Of a stretch of 64,000 bases of DNA, positions 30,319-40,090 are shown in pieces. Both the position numbers and the translations under genes were made by a program. This DNA is from Bacteroidota bacterium. GTDB taxonomy: Bacteria > Bacteroidota > Ignavibacteria > Kapaibacteriales > UBA2268. The notes under the pieces were generated by a model that worked only from the letters and a program-made list of their open reading frames with translations, ran no database searches and was not told where the DNA came from. The stretch covers positions 88,192 to 152,191 of the forward strand of contig JARKQC010000227.1 of the NCBI GenBank assembly GCA_029974985.1, given 5' to 3'. Numbering within the stretch: position 1 is the stretch's first letter; every line of letters begins with the position of its first letter.

Positions 30319-33300
30319 TTGATTTTATCGAAATAAATAGCATTATAAATTCGATTTTCGAGATTTATAACTCTGATAATTTATTGAATAATCAAAAATT
30401 TCTTGATATTTATAAAAGTCTTAGTCAATTTTATAAAAAATTGCAACATGAAGAAACAAGATTTTTTTCATCTTTTCTTACATCAATTTTATTTTTAAAC
30501 GATAAATATAATATTCCTAATTCTCTTAGACAAAATCTTAATGAAATAATTAAATTTAATAAACAGCTCAAAAAAAATCAAAATATTGTTGTTACTAATG
30601 ATGATTTAAGATTTCTTATAAAAAACTCGTATCAAATAATTTACACGATTTGTCAATATGATGAAAATAAGGAAATTAAGCAATTCATTAACAATATTCC
30701 AAATCTTGTTTTACAATCAAAAATTGATATTAAAAAAGATATTATTGATATCTATAATTGTATTGTCGTAGATAATCCATTTTATAAAAAAAATATTGAC
30801 GCTAAATATATTGAGCTTAATTGCTATAACGAAGAAATTGGTGATTTTTTCTTAAAAATTGGATTTCCATATCTAAATAAAGCTAATATGATTTATAAAG
30901 GTATGAATTTCAATTTAATTTCAGCAGAAATAATTAGAAAAGAGCCTTTTATAGTTTCTATTCGTAGTAATGGTTTGATTGTATTCGAGCCAGATATATT
31001 AATTGATGTAACAGATTTAGCAGAAAATTTTGGTAACATCGAGGCTTACCGCATATATTTTGTAAAAAAATATTTTTCTACAAATACAAGTATTCCAATT
31101 TTAAAAGGAAAAATAATTAATACTTTCTTTGATGAAATAATCTTAAATCCAAGAATTAGTTTTGAAAAAGCAAAAGAAATTGCTTATAATGAAAATTCAT
31201 TAGCGATTTTTTCTATGTCTAAAAAAGATAGAAATGATTTAATAAAATTAAGGGATGAATTAGTTGTTGATTTTCAGAATCTGCAATATATTATTGATAA
31301 TAAAATTTTAGAGGAATATTTAGATGCCGAATTTACTGTAGAACCAAGTTTTATTTCCCCAAAATATGGTATTCAAGGACGTATTGACTTATTAGCAGAA
31401 TATCCTAATAATGAAAATAAAAAAGATATTATAGAGCTGAAATCGGGCAAAGCACCAAAAATTGAAACTACTTTAAAAATTTCTGATAAAATTACTGTAA
31501 AAATTGGCGTATGGATCAATCATTTAATACAGGTTTTGTGTTATAATTTATTATTAGACTCGACTTATGAAAATAGAATTGGTAACTCGTCAATACTTTA
31601 TATTCAATCACCGGATAATCCAATACGCAATATTGCAACTTTTCACAGCTTAAATCAGCAAATAATTTTACTAAGAAATAATATAATTTTACTTGAAAAT
31701 GCGATAATGAATCGCTCATTTAAATTTTTCGAATATTTGAATACATTAAATGAAATTGAGTTACCTTATTTTGTAAGTGATAAAATTTCTCATTTTATTA
31801 AAATTTATAATAAATCTAATAATCTTGAACAAGCATACTTGACCGAATTTACTTCTTTTGCTCTTCGCGAGCGTTATGCTTCAAAAAATGGATTTAATTT
31901 GAATAATTTTCAAAATGGATTTTCTGCACTTTGGCAAAGTTCTATTGAGGAAAAAATTACAGATAATTCAATATTATTTAATTTAAAATTGAATTGGAAT
32001 AATAGCGATTTAAGCCAACTATATTTATCTTTTGATTTCAAAAATGAGAATATTTATACTTCTTTTCGAAAAGGTGATATTGTTATTTTATATTCATATA
32101 AAAAATTAGAGGAAATTAATGTTAGTAAAAATCAAATTTTAAGAGGGGTAATCAAAGAAATATCAACAAAGAAAATAAAAATTAGCTTAAGAAATAAACT
32201 AATTTCTAAAAAAATTTTTGATGAAAAACTTGTTTGGGCTATCGAGCAAGATAAAATTGATTCAACCGAAAGAAATATATTTTCATCGTTACTAAATTTT
32301 ATTTCTGCTCCAAAATTATTAAAAGAATTAATTTTTGGTATTGCCAAGCCGCATATTACAGAAAATTATATTTTTGATATTAAGAATTTTAATGATAACC
32401 AAAGAGAAGTAGTGCAAAATGCAGTAAACTCAGATAATTATTATTTAATAGATGGACCGCCCGGAACGGGAAAAACGCATAAAATTCTTAAACATATTAT
32501 TGAAATTTTGCAACAAAATTATGATTTTAATATTCTTGTTGCCGCATATACAAATAGAGCCGTTGATGAAATCGCAGAAGCAATACAATCTATTGATTCA
32601 AATACTAATTTCATTAGAATAGGCTCGAAAGAGGCAAGCGATGATTTTGAGCATCATTTGCCTAAAATTATTGAAAAATACGGAAATAACGAAGCATACA
32701 AAAGATTAAAGCAAACAAAAGTAATAATTTCAACAGTTTCTTCGCTTCATACAAATTCAGAAATTTTTGATTTAAAAGATTTTGATACTTTGATTATTGA
32801 TGAGGCAAGCCAAATTCTCGAAACTTATCTTATTGGTTTAATTATAAAAGTAAGAAAATTTATTTTAATTGGTGATGATAAGCAACTCCCCCCTATCTCA
32901 ATTCAAAATCCAAATTCGCTAATTTGTGATAATCCAGAGCTAATATCCATTGGTATTAATAATTTTTCAAATTCACTATTTTCGAGATTAAAACAAATTT
33001 GTGAAAATAATAATTGGAATAATGCTATTGGAAAACTTTCGTATCAGGCAAGAATGCATAATGAAATACAAGAGTTTCCGAATTTACATTTCTATGAGAA
33101 TCGTTTGATACCAAAAAAAGAAAATCAATTTTCTAAAATTGAGCGTTTTGATACTCAAGCCGAAAATAAGATAGAGAAAATTCTTGCAAAAAATAGGGTA
33201 ATTTTTATCGAATGCCCGCTTGATATTGGTAAAACCAATAAATATGAGAGTGAAATTTGCAAATTAATAGTCGAAACAATAGAGCAAAAATATGAATTAA

Positions 33301-33662
33301 ATTTTGAACTTCTTGGAATAATATCACCATTTAGAATGCAGTGTTTCGAATTGTTAAAAAATTTGAATGAGAAGCAGAAAGAATATATAAATATTGATAC
33401 TGTCGAGCGTTATCAAGGTAGTCAAAGGGAATTTATAATAATGTCTTGCTCTGCGAATAGCGAATTTTTATTAGAAAGAATTAAATCAGAAGATTTGTTA
33501 GGCAAAGTAGATAGAAAATTAAATGTTGCAATCACAAGAGCAAAATCGCATTTTATAATGTTAGGAAATTCCTATTATTTAAGCAAATCCACTCATTACA
33601 ACAATTTTATAAATTATGTGAAATCAAAAAATTCATTTTACTACTATCGGGAAATCATTTAA
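30315..33662 (+). CDS. Dna2-like PD-(D/E)XK nuclease + SF1B helicase
   Basis: EPSFISPKYGIQGRIDL..IELKSG..Q..Y nuclease; GPPGTGKT, IDEASQ, GDDKQL, DTVERYQG, LNVAITRAK; ATGA overlap with recJ. Confidence 0.9.
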   Translation: MIDFIEINSIINSIFEIYNSDNLLNNQKFLDIYKSLSQFYKKLQHEETRFFSSFLTSILFLNDKYNIPNSLRQNLNEIIKFNKQLKKNQNIVVTNDDLRFLIKNSYQIIYTICQYDENKEIKQFINNIPNLVLQSKIDIKKDIIDIYNCIVVDNPFYKKNIDAKYIELNCYNEEIGDFFLKIGFPYLNKANMIYKGMNFNLISAEIIRKEPFIVSIRSNGLIVFEPDILIDVTDLAENFGNIEAYRIYFVKKYFSTNTSIPILKGKIINTFFDEIILNPRISFEKAKEIAYNENSLAIFSMSKKDRNDLIKLRDELVVDFQNLQYIIDNKILEEYLDAEFTVEPSFISPKYGIQGRIDLLAEYPNNENKKDIIELKSGKAPKIETTLKISDKITVKIGVWINHLIQVLCYNLLLDSTYENRIGNSSILYIQSPDNPIRNIATFHSLNQQIILLRNNIILLENAIMNRSFKFFEYLNTLNEIELPYFVSDKISHFIKIYNKSNNLEQAYLTEFTSFALRERYASKNGFNLNNFQNGFSALWQSSIEEKITDNSILFNLKLNWNNSDLSQLYLSFDFKNENIYTSFRKGDIVILYSYKKLEEINVSKNQILRGVIKEISTKKIKISLRNKLISKKIFDEKLVWAIEQDKIDSTERNIFSSLLNFISAPKLLKELIFGIAKPHITENYIFDIKNFNDNQREVVQNAVNSDNYYLIDGPPGTGKTHKILKHIIEILQQNYDFNILVAAYTNRAVDEIAEAIQSIDSNTNFIRIGSKEASDDFEHHLPKIIEKYGNNEAYKRLKQTKVIISTVSSLHTNSEIFDLKDFDTLIIDEASQILETYLIGLIIKVRKFILIGDDKQLPPISIQNPNSLICDNPELISIGINNFSNSLFSRLKQICENNNWNNAIGKLSYQARMHNEIQEFPNLHFYENRLIPKKENQFSKIERFDTQAENKIEKILAKNRVIFIECPLDIGKTNKYESEICKLIVETIEQKYELNFELLGIISPFRMQCFELLKNLNEKQKEYINIDTVERYQGSQREFIIMSCSANSEFLLERIKSEDLLGKVDRKLNVAITRAKSHFIMLGNSYYLSKSTHYNNFINYVKSKNSFYYYREII

Positions 33663-33668
33663 AAATTA

Positions 33669-35999
33669 TTAATATATATTTACTTTTATTTTAATTTCAG
33701 AAGTCCCCCCTTTGTTATCAGTACAAGTAACTCGATAATGTCCACTTTCATTTGGCAACCAATTAATAATATTATAGCTATTAATTTTCTCAAAAAATTT
33801 ATCATTTATAAACCAATAGATTTTATTGGCATCAGATTGAATTTTTGCCGATAATACTATTCCGTTAGTATCACCTTTTTCGATAAAATATTCAGATTTA
33901 TCTTTAGGACTAATGATGATTGGTGATTTTCCGTAGTTATAACTCAAACATTTTGGATTGTGTGGAGGCACTTGAATAAAATTTATATTTTTTGATTTAT
34001 AATACATCTGTAGCTCTAAATCTATAATTTCATATGGTTTAGTTTTATACCCTTTTTCGGGCAAACAATCAGAACAATATGATATTTTTTCATCTTCGGA
34101 CACCCAAAAATTTCTAATATTGTCAGTTACTCTGCTAATTGAACGGTTTGGAATGTAGTAATCGCTTATAGTATGTTTTGAAAATTCTGATGGCAATAGC
34201 CCTGTTTCAGAGTCCACTAATCGAGTGCTTAAGCTCTCGGGTTTAACAAGCCAATTACTTTTTTCACCGCTCGAAATAGTATTAAAAAAATCAAATAATA
34301 AAGGAACAGCAGTATTAGCGCCTGAAATAGCAGAATTTGGTTTCCCCGAGAAATTTCCAATCCATACACCAATTGTATATGAACTATTATAAGCTACTGC
34401 CCAAGCGTCACGTTTGCCTTGTGAAGTACCGGTTTTCCACGAAATAATTGGGATATTTTTTGCGTCGTTATAAAATTTAGGGAAATCGGGGCGTTTCAAT
34501 TTTCTCAAGATATCCGAAGTCATATAAGAAGCGGCATCGCTTATAATTTGAATAGATTTATTATTATTATTATTTAAATATGATGCTTTTTTATAAATGC
34601 CATTATTAGCAAATAATGAATACAAATTTGCTAATTCTTCGAGTGTAACACCGCAACCACCAAGTATTAACGATAGTCCAAGTTTTTTTCTATCCTTTCG
34701 AATAGTACTAAAATTCATTTCTGCGAGCTTATCAATAAAATTATTATATCCATATTTATTTAATAAATTTACTGCGGGGACATTTAAAGACTGCGATAGA
34801 GCATATTCACAAGTAACTTTTCCATTAAATTGTCCATCAAAATTTTCGGGTGTATAATCCATTCCAATTATTGGAATATCGAGAATACTAAGTTTTGGTG
34901 TGATTGAGCCATCATCAAACATTAGCGCATAAAGAAGTGGTTTAAGAGTGCTTCCAGGAGAACGAATCGCAAGTACACCATCAACTTCCCCCGAATTTTT
35001 TTTATCATCAAAATCATTAGAGCCGATATAAGCTACAATTTCATTTTTTCTGTTATCAATTATCATTGCCGCGGCATTATTAATACCATAATTTTTTAAT
35101 TCAGAAACGTAGTTTTTTATTATATCTTCAGCTCTTTTTTGAATTGTATAATTTATAGTTGTATTTATAACACTTTTCGAGGGATTTTCCTTAATTGCTC
35201 TGAAAGAAAATTGTGGAGCTGTTTTTGGAGCATCTAAACGCTCAATCGAGACGGGTTCTTGAATTGCATCTTCGTAAATATCTTTGTTGATATTATTTGA
35301 ATTATAATATTTTTTTAGTAACTCATTTTTTTTTATTTCAATTTTTTGACTTTTTTTATTAATATTTAATATATTAGGACTATTGGGGATTATTGATAAA
35401 ATTGCGGATTCCGATAAACTCAATTTATTTGGATTTTTTCCAAAATATAATACCGCGGCAGAACCTATGCCTTCGATATTTCCGCCAAAAGGAATTTTAT
35501 TTAGATACAACTCCAAAATTTCATCTTTTGAATAATGAAATTCTAATTGCAAAGCACGGAAAATTTCAATAATTTTATTAAAATATGTTCTTTGTTTAGG
35601 CTCAAGTAATCTTGCTGTTTGCATAGTGATAGTCGAGGCGCCTAAAATAGTTTTTTGCGATGTAATATTATTATAAAAAGCTCTTAAAATTGAATAAGGA
35701 TTAAATCCAAAATGTAAATAAAAAAATCTATCTTCTTTAAAAACAATAAGTTTTTTAAAATACTCTGAACTCTCATTAATATTAGTATAAAAACGCCATT
35801 TTTCATCTTTACTCAAAAAAGAGCTTAATATAATATTATCACGTGATTTAACTACTTTGGAGTAATCAATATTTATATTTATTGGAAAAAAATAATCAAG
35901 TGTAAAAAAAGATAATACGAAAAGCAAAAAAATTATGCTAATTATATTATAAATTTTCGATCTAATAATATTTTCAATTTTAATAATCATTAATATCAA
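33669..35999 (-). CDS. pbpC: Penicillin-binding protein 1C
   Basis: EDRFFY, GASTITMQ, SPGSTLKP, SLN, KTGTS, BiPBP-type C-terminus. Confidence 0.92.
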   Translation of the reverse strand: MILMIIKIENIIRSKIYNIISIIFLLFVLSFFTLDYFFPININIDYSKVVKSRDNIILSSFLSKDEKWRFYTNINESSEYFKKLIVFKEDRFFYLHFGFNPYSILRAFYNNITSQKTILGASTITMQTARLLEPKQRTYFNKIIEIFRALQLEFHYSKDEILELYLNKIPFGGNIEGIGSAAVLYFGKNPNKLSLSESAILSIIPNSPNILNINKKSQKIEIKKNELLKKYYNSNNINKDIYEDAIQEPVSIERLDAPKTAPQFSFRAIKENPSKSVINTTINYTIQKRAEDIIKNYVSELKNYGINNAAAMIIDNRKNEIVAYIGSNDFDDKKNSGEVDGVLAIRSPGSTLKPLLYALMFDDGSITPKLSILDIPIIGMDYTPENFDGQFNGKVTCEYALSQSLNVPAVNLLNKYGYNNFIDKLAEMNFSTIRKDRKKLGLSLILGGCGVTLEELANLYSLFANNGIYKKASYLNNNNNKSIQIISDAASYMTSDILRKLKRPDFPKFYNDAKNIPIISWKTGTSQGKRDAWAVAYNSSYTIGVWIGNFSGKPNSAISGANTAVPLLFDFFNTISSGEKSNWLVKPESLSTRLVDSETGLLPSEFSKHTISDYYIPNRSISRVTDNIRNFWVSEDEKISYCSDCLPEKGYKTKPYEIIDLELQMYYKSKNINFIQVPPHNPKCLSYNYGKSPIIISPKDKSEYFIEKGDTNGIVLSAKIQSDANKIYWFINDKFFEKINSYNIINWLPNESGHYRVTCTDNKGGTSEIKIKVNIY

Positions 36000-36096
36000 A
36001 AATATGATTTTTTCATAGAATAATCAAAAAATGATAATATCCTCAAAATTTGAATTAAATACTATTATTTTTATAAATGATTTACTCAATAAAATT

Positions 36097-37350
36097 TTAA
36101 TCAATTTCTTTTAATTCATTCGTTTTTGAGATATATTTATATTTAATAAACCATTCTTTATTCGAACTATTTGTTCTTAATTGCCAAAAATTATAATCGC
36201 CCATTTTTCTATCACCGTATTCATCTAATTCGAGTGGTCCAGTAATTCCAGATTGAGAATTACAATATTGTACGACAGCGTCATTTGCTTTAAGAGATTG
36301 ATTTTGACTAATTTTAATAGCAGAATTATAAGCAACATTTATCGCGTCATAAGCAGTATAAGCATAAGTTTCGGGTTCTCTATTTATTGTAGATTTTATC
36401 TTATTTCTAATAGGCTCGTAATTACTATTTTCAATTGGAGTATATACGGGGCAAGTGAAATTTGTCTTTACAGCAAAGTCGTAAGCCGAAGAATTAGCTA
36501 AAATTGTAGAATTTAAAGCAAAAGCAGATGTACCAATCCAATTTACTTTTTGAGCAGAAAGCTTATTTGAAACGCTATATAATATATCTGTACCTTCATT
36601 AAAGCTGGCTAAATATACTGCAATTTGTTTATAATTCGTATTAGTTGAAAATATTATGTTAATATTTTTCTCAATATTATTTGCTATTGTCGAAAAATCT
36701 TGTGTATTTACCTCATATTTTAATTGATTATCAATTTTAAAATTGAAATTACTACTTTTATTATTTAATTCCTCATAAAGTGAATTTCCCCAAATATCAT
36801 TTCTATTTATTGCACTAACTTTTTGAATTTCAAGCTTTTCTAAATATTTTGATACTGCATTTACTTGCTGATAATCATTTGTAGCTAATCTAAAAATATT
36901 ATCATTTTTTATGGCAAGCGAAATGGATACGCTTGATGGACTAATTAAAATCATATTATTTTCATTAGCATAACTTGAAATATAGTCAAGCTCCGCACTC
37001 GAATATGGACCAACTACAAAAGTAACACCAAGCGATTTGAGAATCTTTATTTTGTCGAGAGCTGTTTGTGGATTAGTTTCAGTATCGTAAGTAATTAATT
37101 CAATCTTTGTCTTTTCATTCAACTCTTCGTTTTTCTCTTTAACAGCAAGTTCTATAGCGGTAAGCATACTTTCACCCGCGGAACTACCCGTACCCGTTAA
37201 AGGTAATAAAGCGCCAATTTTAATTTTTTCACTACTATTATTTGTGCTATTATCATCATTGCAAGAAATTAGCACTAATACTAATATCGCGAAAATTGTA
37301 TATATATTAAAATAGAAATTTCTATTTTTAATAATGTTAATTATATTCAT
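36097..37350 (-). CDS. Lipoprotein with type-1 periplasmic binding fold (LivJ/LppC-like)
   Basis: LVLISC lipobox; KIGALLPLTG, VVGPYSS, YAYTAYDA, GITGPLELDEYGDR. Confidence 0.85.
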   Translation of the reverse strand: MNIINIIKNRNFYFNIYTIFAILVLVLISCNDDNSTNNSSEKIKIGALLPLTGTGSSAGESMLTAIELAVKEKNEELNEKTKIELITYDTETNPQTALDKIKILKSLGVTFVVGPYSSAELDYISSYANENNMILISPSSVSISLAIKNDNIFRLATNDYQQVNAVSKYLEKLEIQKVSAINRNDIWGNSLYEELNNKSSNFNFKIDNQLKYEVNTQDFSTIANNIEKNINIIFSTNTNYKQIAVYLASFNEGTDILYSVSNKLSAQKVNWIGTSAFALNSTILANSSAYDFAVKTNFTCPVYTPIENSNYEPIRNKIKSTINREPETYAYTAYDAINVAYNSAIKISQNQSLKANDAVVQYCNSQSGITGPLELDEYGDRKMGDYNFWQLRTNSSNKEWFIKYKYISKTNELKEID

Positions 37351-37649
37351 AACAACATCCTAAATTAATTAATTAAAATATATTCTTTACAAAATTCATA
37401 ACTTATAATAATTTAAAATATTTTAATTAATATAAATTAATAATAATAATATAAATGATTAATAATAGAGGAAAATAATTTTAATTTTTTGACAATAATA
37501 AGAAATAAATTGCTTAATATATCTGTTTTAGACTAAATCAACTTATTGATACATATCTATTGTGTCTGCATAAAACGTCAAGTCATTATATACCAACAAT
37601 TTAACTTTTTAAACTATTAAAGTAAAGGGAGTAGAACTTGCTTTACCCA

Positions 37650-37742
37650 ATTTATTGTGCAATTGGACGAATTTTTGGCGTTCACCGTCTCACAGTAAGT
37701 AAATTTGTAAAAGAGCGATTGAATGAAGTAGAAAGCAAATAG
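37650..37742 (+). pseudogene. 3' remnant (HTH) of a serine resolvase/invertase
   Basis: Translates IYCAIGRIFGVHRLTVSKFVKERLNEVESK*, resembling the C-terminus of Bacteroidota Mpi-like invertases as recalled. Confidence 0.55.
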
Positions 37743-37745
37743 AAT

Positions 37746-38090
37746 ATGAAAGATTTGACAAATTCAAATATTGACAGGCAATCACCCGAACTTTTTTCAG
37801 AAATTAGGGAGCTTATTGTAGAATCACGCAATAGTGTAGCACAAGCAGTAAATTCTGCACTAACATTGTTATATTGGAAAATTGACGAAAGAATTAATAA
37901 AGAGATACTTCGAGGCGAGAAAGCAGACTACGGCAAACAAATTGTAGTATCACTGTCGCAACAATTGACTATGGAATATGGTCGTGGTTGGAGTCAGAGA
38001 CAATTATGGCATTGTTTACGCTTTGCAGAGAGTTTTCCTGATATTCAAATTGTGCACACATTGAGTTCACAATTGAGTTGGTCGCATTAA
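37746..38090 (+). pseudogene. YhcG/DUF1016 N-terminal fragment, truncated at LSWSH*
   Basis: AVNSALTLLYWKI..YGKQIV..EYGRGWS..LSWSH; nuclease domain absent. Confidence 0.85.
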
Positions 38091-38129
38091 AAGAAGTTCG
38101 TCAAATAGATTATTCTAATATTCGTATTT

Positions 38130-38174
38130 CACCGTCTTATTGTTAGCAAACTCGTAAAAAATGAGAATGAATGA
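38130..38174 (+). pseudogene. Second, more degraded invertase 3' remnant
   Basis: HRLIVSKLVK; nucleotide similarity to 37683-37730. Confidence 0.45.
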
Positions 38175-38213
38175 GTAAAAAGGAAAAAATAAAGAAATAA
38201 AAGAAGTAAAAAT

Positions 38214-39299
38214 ATGTTAGATTTAAAAAAACCATATAATGATTTACCGTTTCTACCTCCAAAAGTAGAATTAGAAAGTCAGACAATCTTAAAACAGCTT
38301 GTACAGTCCCACAAAGCACTTGCTGAATTAAAAGGTTATTCTGAATTACTTCCAGATAAAACTTTATTATTAAATACTATAACTTTGCAAGAAGCTAAGG
38401 AAAGTTCAGCTATTGAGAATATAATTACAACACACGATGAACTATATAAATCCCTTATTTTACCAAAAGATAAGATTGATAAGACTACTAAAGAAGTCCT
38501 AAATTATAGAAAATCACTATGGCTTGGTTATGAAGCCGTTATGAAACATAAATTAATTACAACTAATATAATTATTGAAATTCAAAAAGCACTCGAACAG
38601 AATGATGCAGGCATAAGAAAATTGCCCGGAACGAAATTGATGAATGACAAAACTCATGAAATTATTTATACTCCACCCGAAGGTGAAAATATCATATTGA
38701 ATTTGCTTACCAACCTCGAGTATTATATTAATAACAATGATGATTTTACAGATCCATTAATAAAATTAGCTGTAATGCATTATCAATTCGAATCAATACA
38801 TCCGTTCTATGACGGCAACGGAAGAACGGGTCGAATTCTAAATGTGCTATATTTAGTTTTAAACGAGCTATTAGATAGTCCAATCCTTTATTTAAGTAAA
38901 TACATAATTCAAACAAAAAATGATTATTATAGACTTTTGCAGGAAATTAGAACTCGAAACAGTTGGCACGAATGGATATTATATATTTTAGAGGGAATTG
39001 AACAAACAAGTAAAAGTACTTTGTCATTAATAAAACGTATAAATAATTTGAAAGATAGTTCAATAGAATTAGTTAAATCTAAATTGCCAAATGTCTATTC
39101 CAAAGAATTGATAGAATTACTATTTACCAATGTTTATACCAAAATTGGAATACTTGTAGAAAAAGAAATCGCTTCAAGAAATATAGCAAGTAAATATCTG
39201 AATTCACTTGTTGAAATAGGTTTCTTAAGCAAGATAAAAATAGGTAAAGAAACATTATTTATAAATCAACCACTATTTGATTTACTAAAAGTCGAGTGA
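38214..39299 (+). CDS. Fic-family AMPylase (class II, SoFic-like, with C-terminal HTH)
   Basis: HPFYDGNGRTGR Fic motif; inhibitory SSAIEN; C-terminal ASRNIASKYLNSL. Confidence 0.95.
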   Translation: MLDLKKPYNDLPFLPPKVELESQTILKQLVQSHKALAELKGYSELLPDKTLLLNTITLQEAKESSAIENIITTHDELYKSLILPKDKIDKTTKEVLNYRKSLWLGYEAVMKHKLITTNIIIEIQKALEQNDAGIRKLPGTKLMNDKTHEIIYTPPEGENIILNLLTNLEYYINNNDDFTDPLIKLAVMHYQFESIHPFYDGNGRTGRILNVLYLVLNELLDSPILYLSKYIIQTKNDYYRLLQEIRTRNSWHEWILYILEGIEQTSKSTLSLIKRINNLKDSSIELVKSKLPNVYSKELIELLFTNVYTKIGILVEKEIASRNIASKYLNSLVEIGFLSKIKIGKETLFINQPLFDLLKVE

Positions 39300-39363
39300 T
39301 ATGCACTAAATTAGTGCATAAATTTTCTATATGCACTAAATTCAATAAAAATAGTGCATATAG
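39300..39363. repeat. Two adjacent TATGCACTA/TAGTGCATA inverted repeats after fic
   Basis: TATGCACTAA-A-TTAGTGCATA (39300-39320) and CTATATGCACTA-13nt-TAGTGCATATAG (39327-39363). Confidence 0.85.
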
Positions 39364-39423
39364 ACTTTGAATGGTTTAATTTCAGAACATAATAAATTGA
39401 TATTTGTTAATGAATATTTATAT

Positions 39424-39486
39424 TTAGCAAATTAATGAAAGAGAGATTGAATCCTTTAAAAAACTTTTTTTGAAAATTATTTTCAT
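39424..39486 (-). pseudogene. N-terminal stub of a RelE/ParE-like toxin
   Basis: MKIIFKKSFLKD then unrelated SISLSLIC*; starts 3 nt after the antitoxin-like gene's stop. Confidence 0.5.
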
Positions 39487-39489
39487 TTC

Positions 39490-39681
39490 TCATTTACTAA
39501 TTAGCAATTTAGTGTCTTCGAGAGAAATATCAACATCATTTTCTGTTTCAGCGATGATTTTTCCTAATAAAAAGTCCTCAATTACACTTTCTATCTGCTG
39601 ATAAAAGACATAATCAAGCACTACGGACTTAATATTTCCTTTTTCGTCTGTAATATATTCTTTTACCATCTCTAACCTCAC
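39490..39681 (-). CDS. Small RelB-like antitoxin
   Basis: EYITDEKGNIKSVVLD..IEDFLL..ISLED pattern of short acidic antitoxins; precedes the toxin stub. Confidence 0.6.
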   Translation of the reverse strand: MRLEMVKEYITDEKGNIKSVVLDYVFYQQIESVIEDFLLGKIIAETENDVDISLEDTKLLISK

Positions 39682-39800
39682 TATTTTATTTTAAATACGA
39701 TTAATTATAATAATTAACGTAAATAAATAATAACCATTCTCACAAAAATTTTTCAATTTCTTTTTGATTAATAATATTTTGAGAAGATTTTTAATCCAAA

Positions 39801-39845
39801 AAAAAATCCAGTAAATATTTTATTTTTATATACTTACAGGATTTT
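39801..39845 (-). terminator. Probable terminator after tRNA-Val
   Basis: AAATCCAGTAA..TTACAGGATTT imperfect stem with A-tract. Confidence 0.55.
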
Positions 39846-39862
39846 AAAATTTCTTCTTTCTG

Positions 39863-39936
39863 TGGGCTCTACGGGATTCGAACCAGCGACCTCCACGATG
39901 TCAACGTGGCGCTCTAACCAACTGAGCTAAAAGCCC
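39863..39936 (-). tRNA. tRNA-Val(GAC), CCA not encoded
   Basis: GGGCTTT/AGAGCCC acceptor, TAGCTCAGTTGGTTAGAGC D-arm, CCACG-TTGACAT-CGTGG anticodon arm, GTTCGAATC T-loop; TATTTTTG box at 39962-39969. Confidence 0.97.
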
Positions 39937-40090
39937 TTTATTTGCTCTAAAAATTGAAGTACAAAAATAATAAATTTAATCTATTTAGAAAAATTACCAA
40001 CAAATATATATATATTTCGTAATATTTTAATTAGTATTTTCATTATTTTTGATTTATTAATATTTACAAAAAGAAAGGTATATTTGTCTA

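Noticed and set aside
37350-39936. Intact integrative element with a duplicated tRNA-Val 3' end
   Set aside because: No copy of the tRNA 3' end found by eye and no integrase; reported only as a decayed island.
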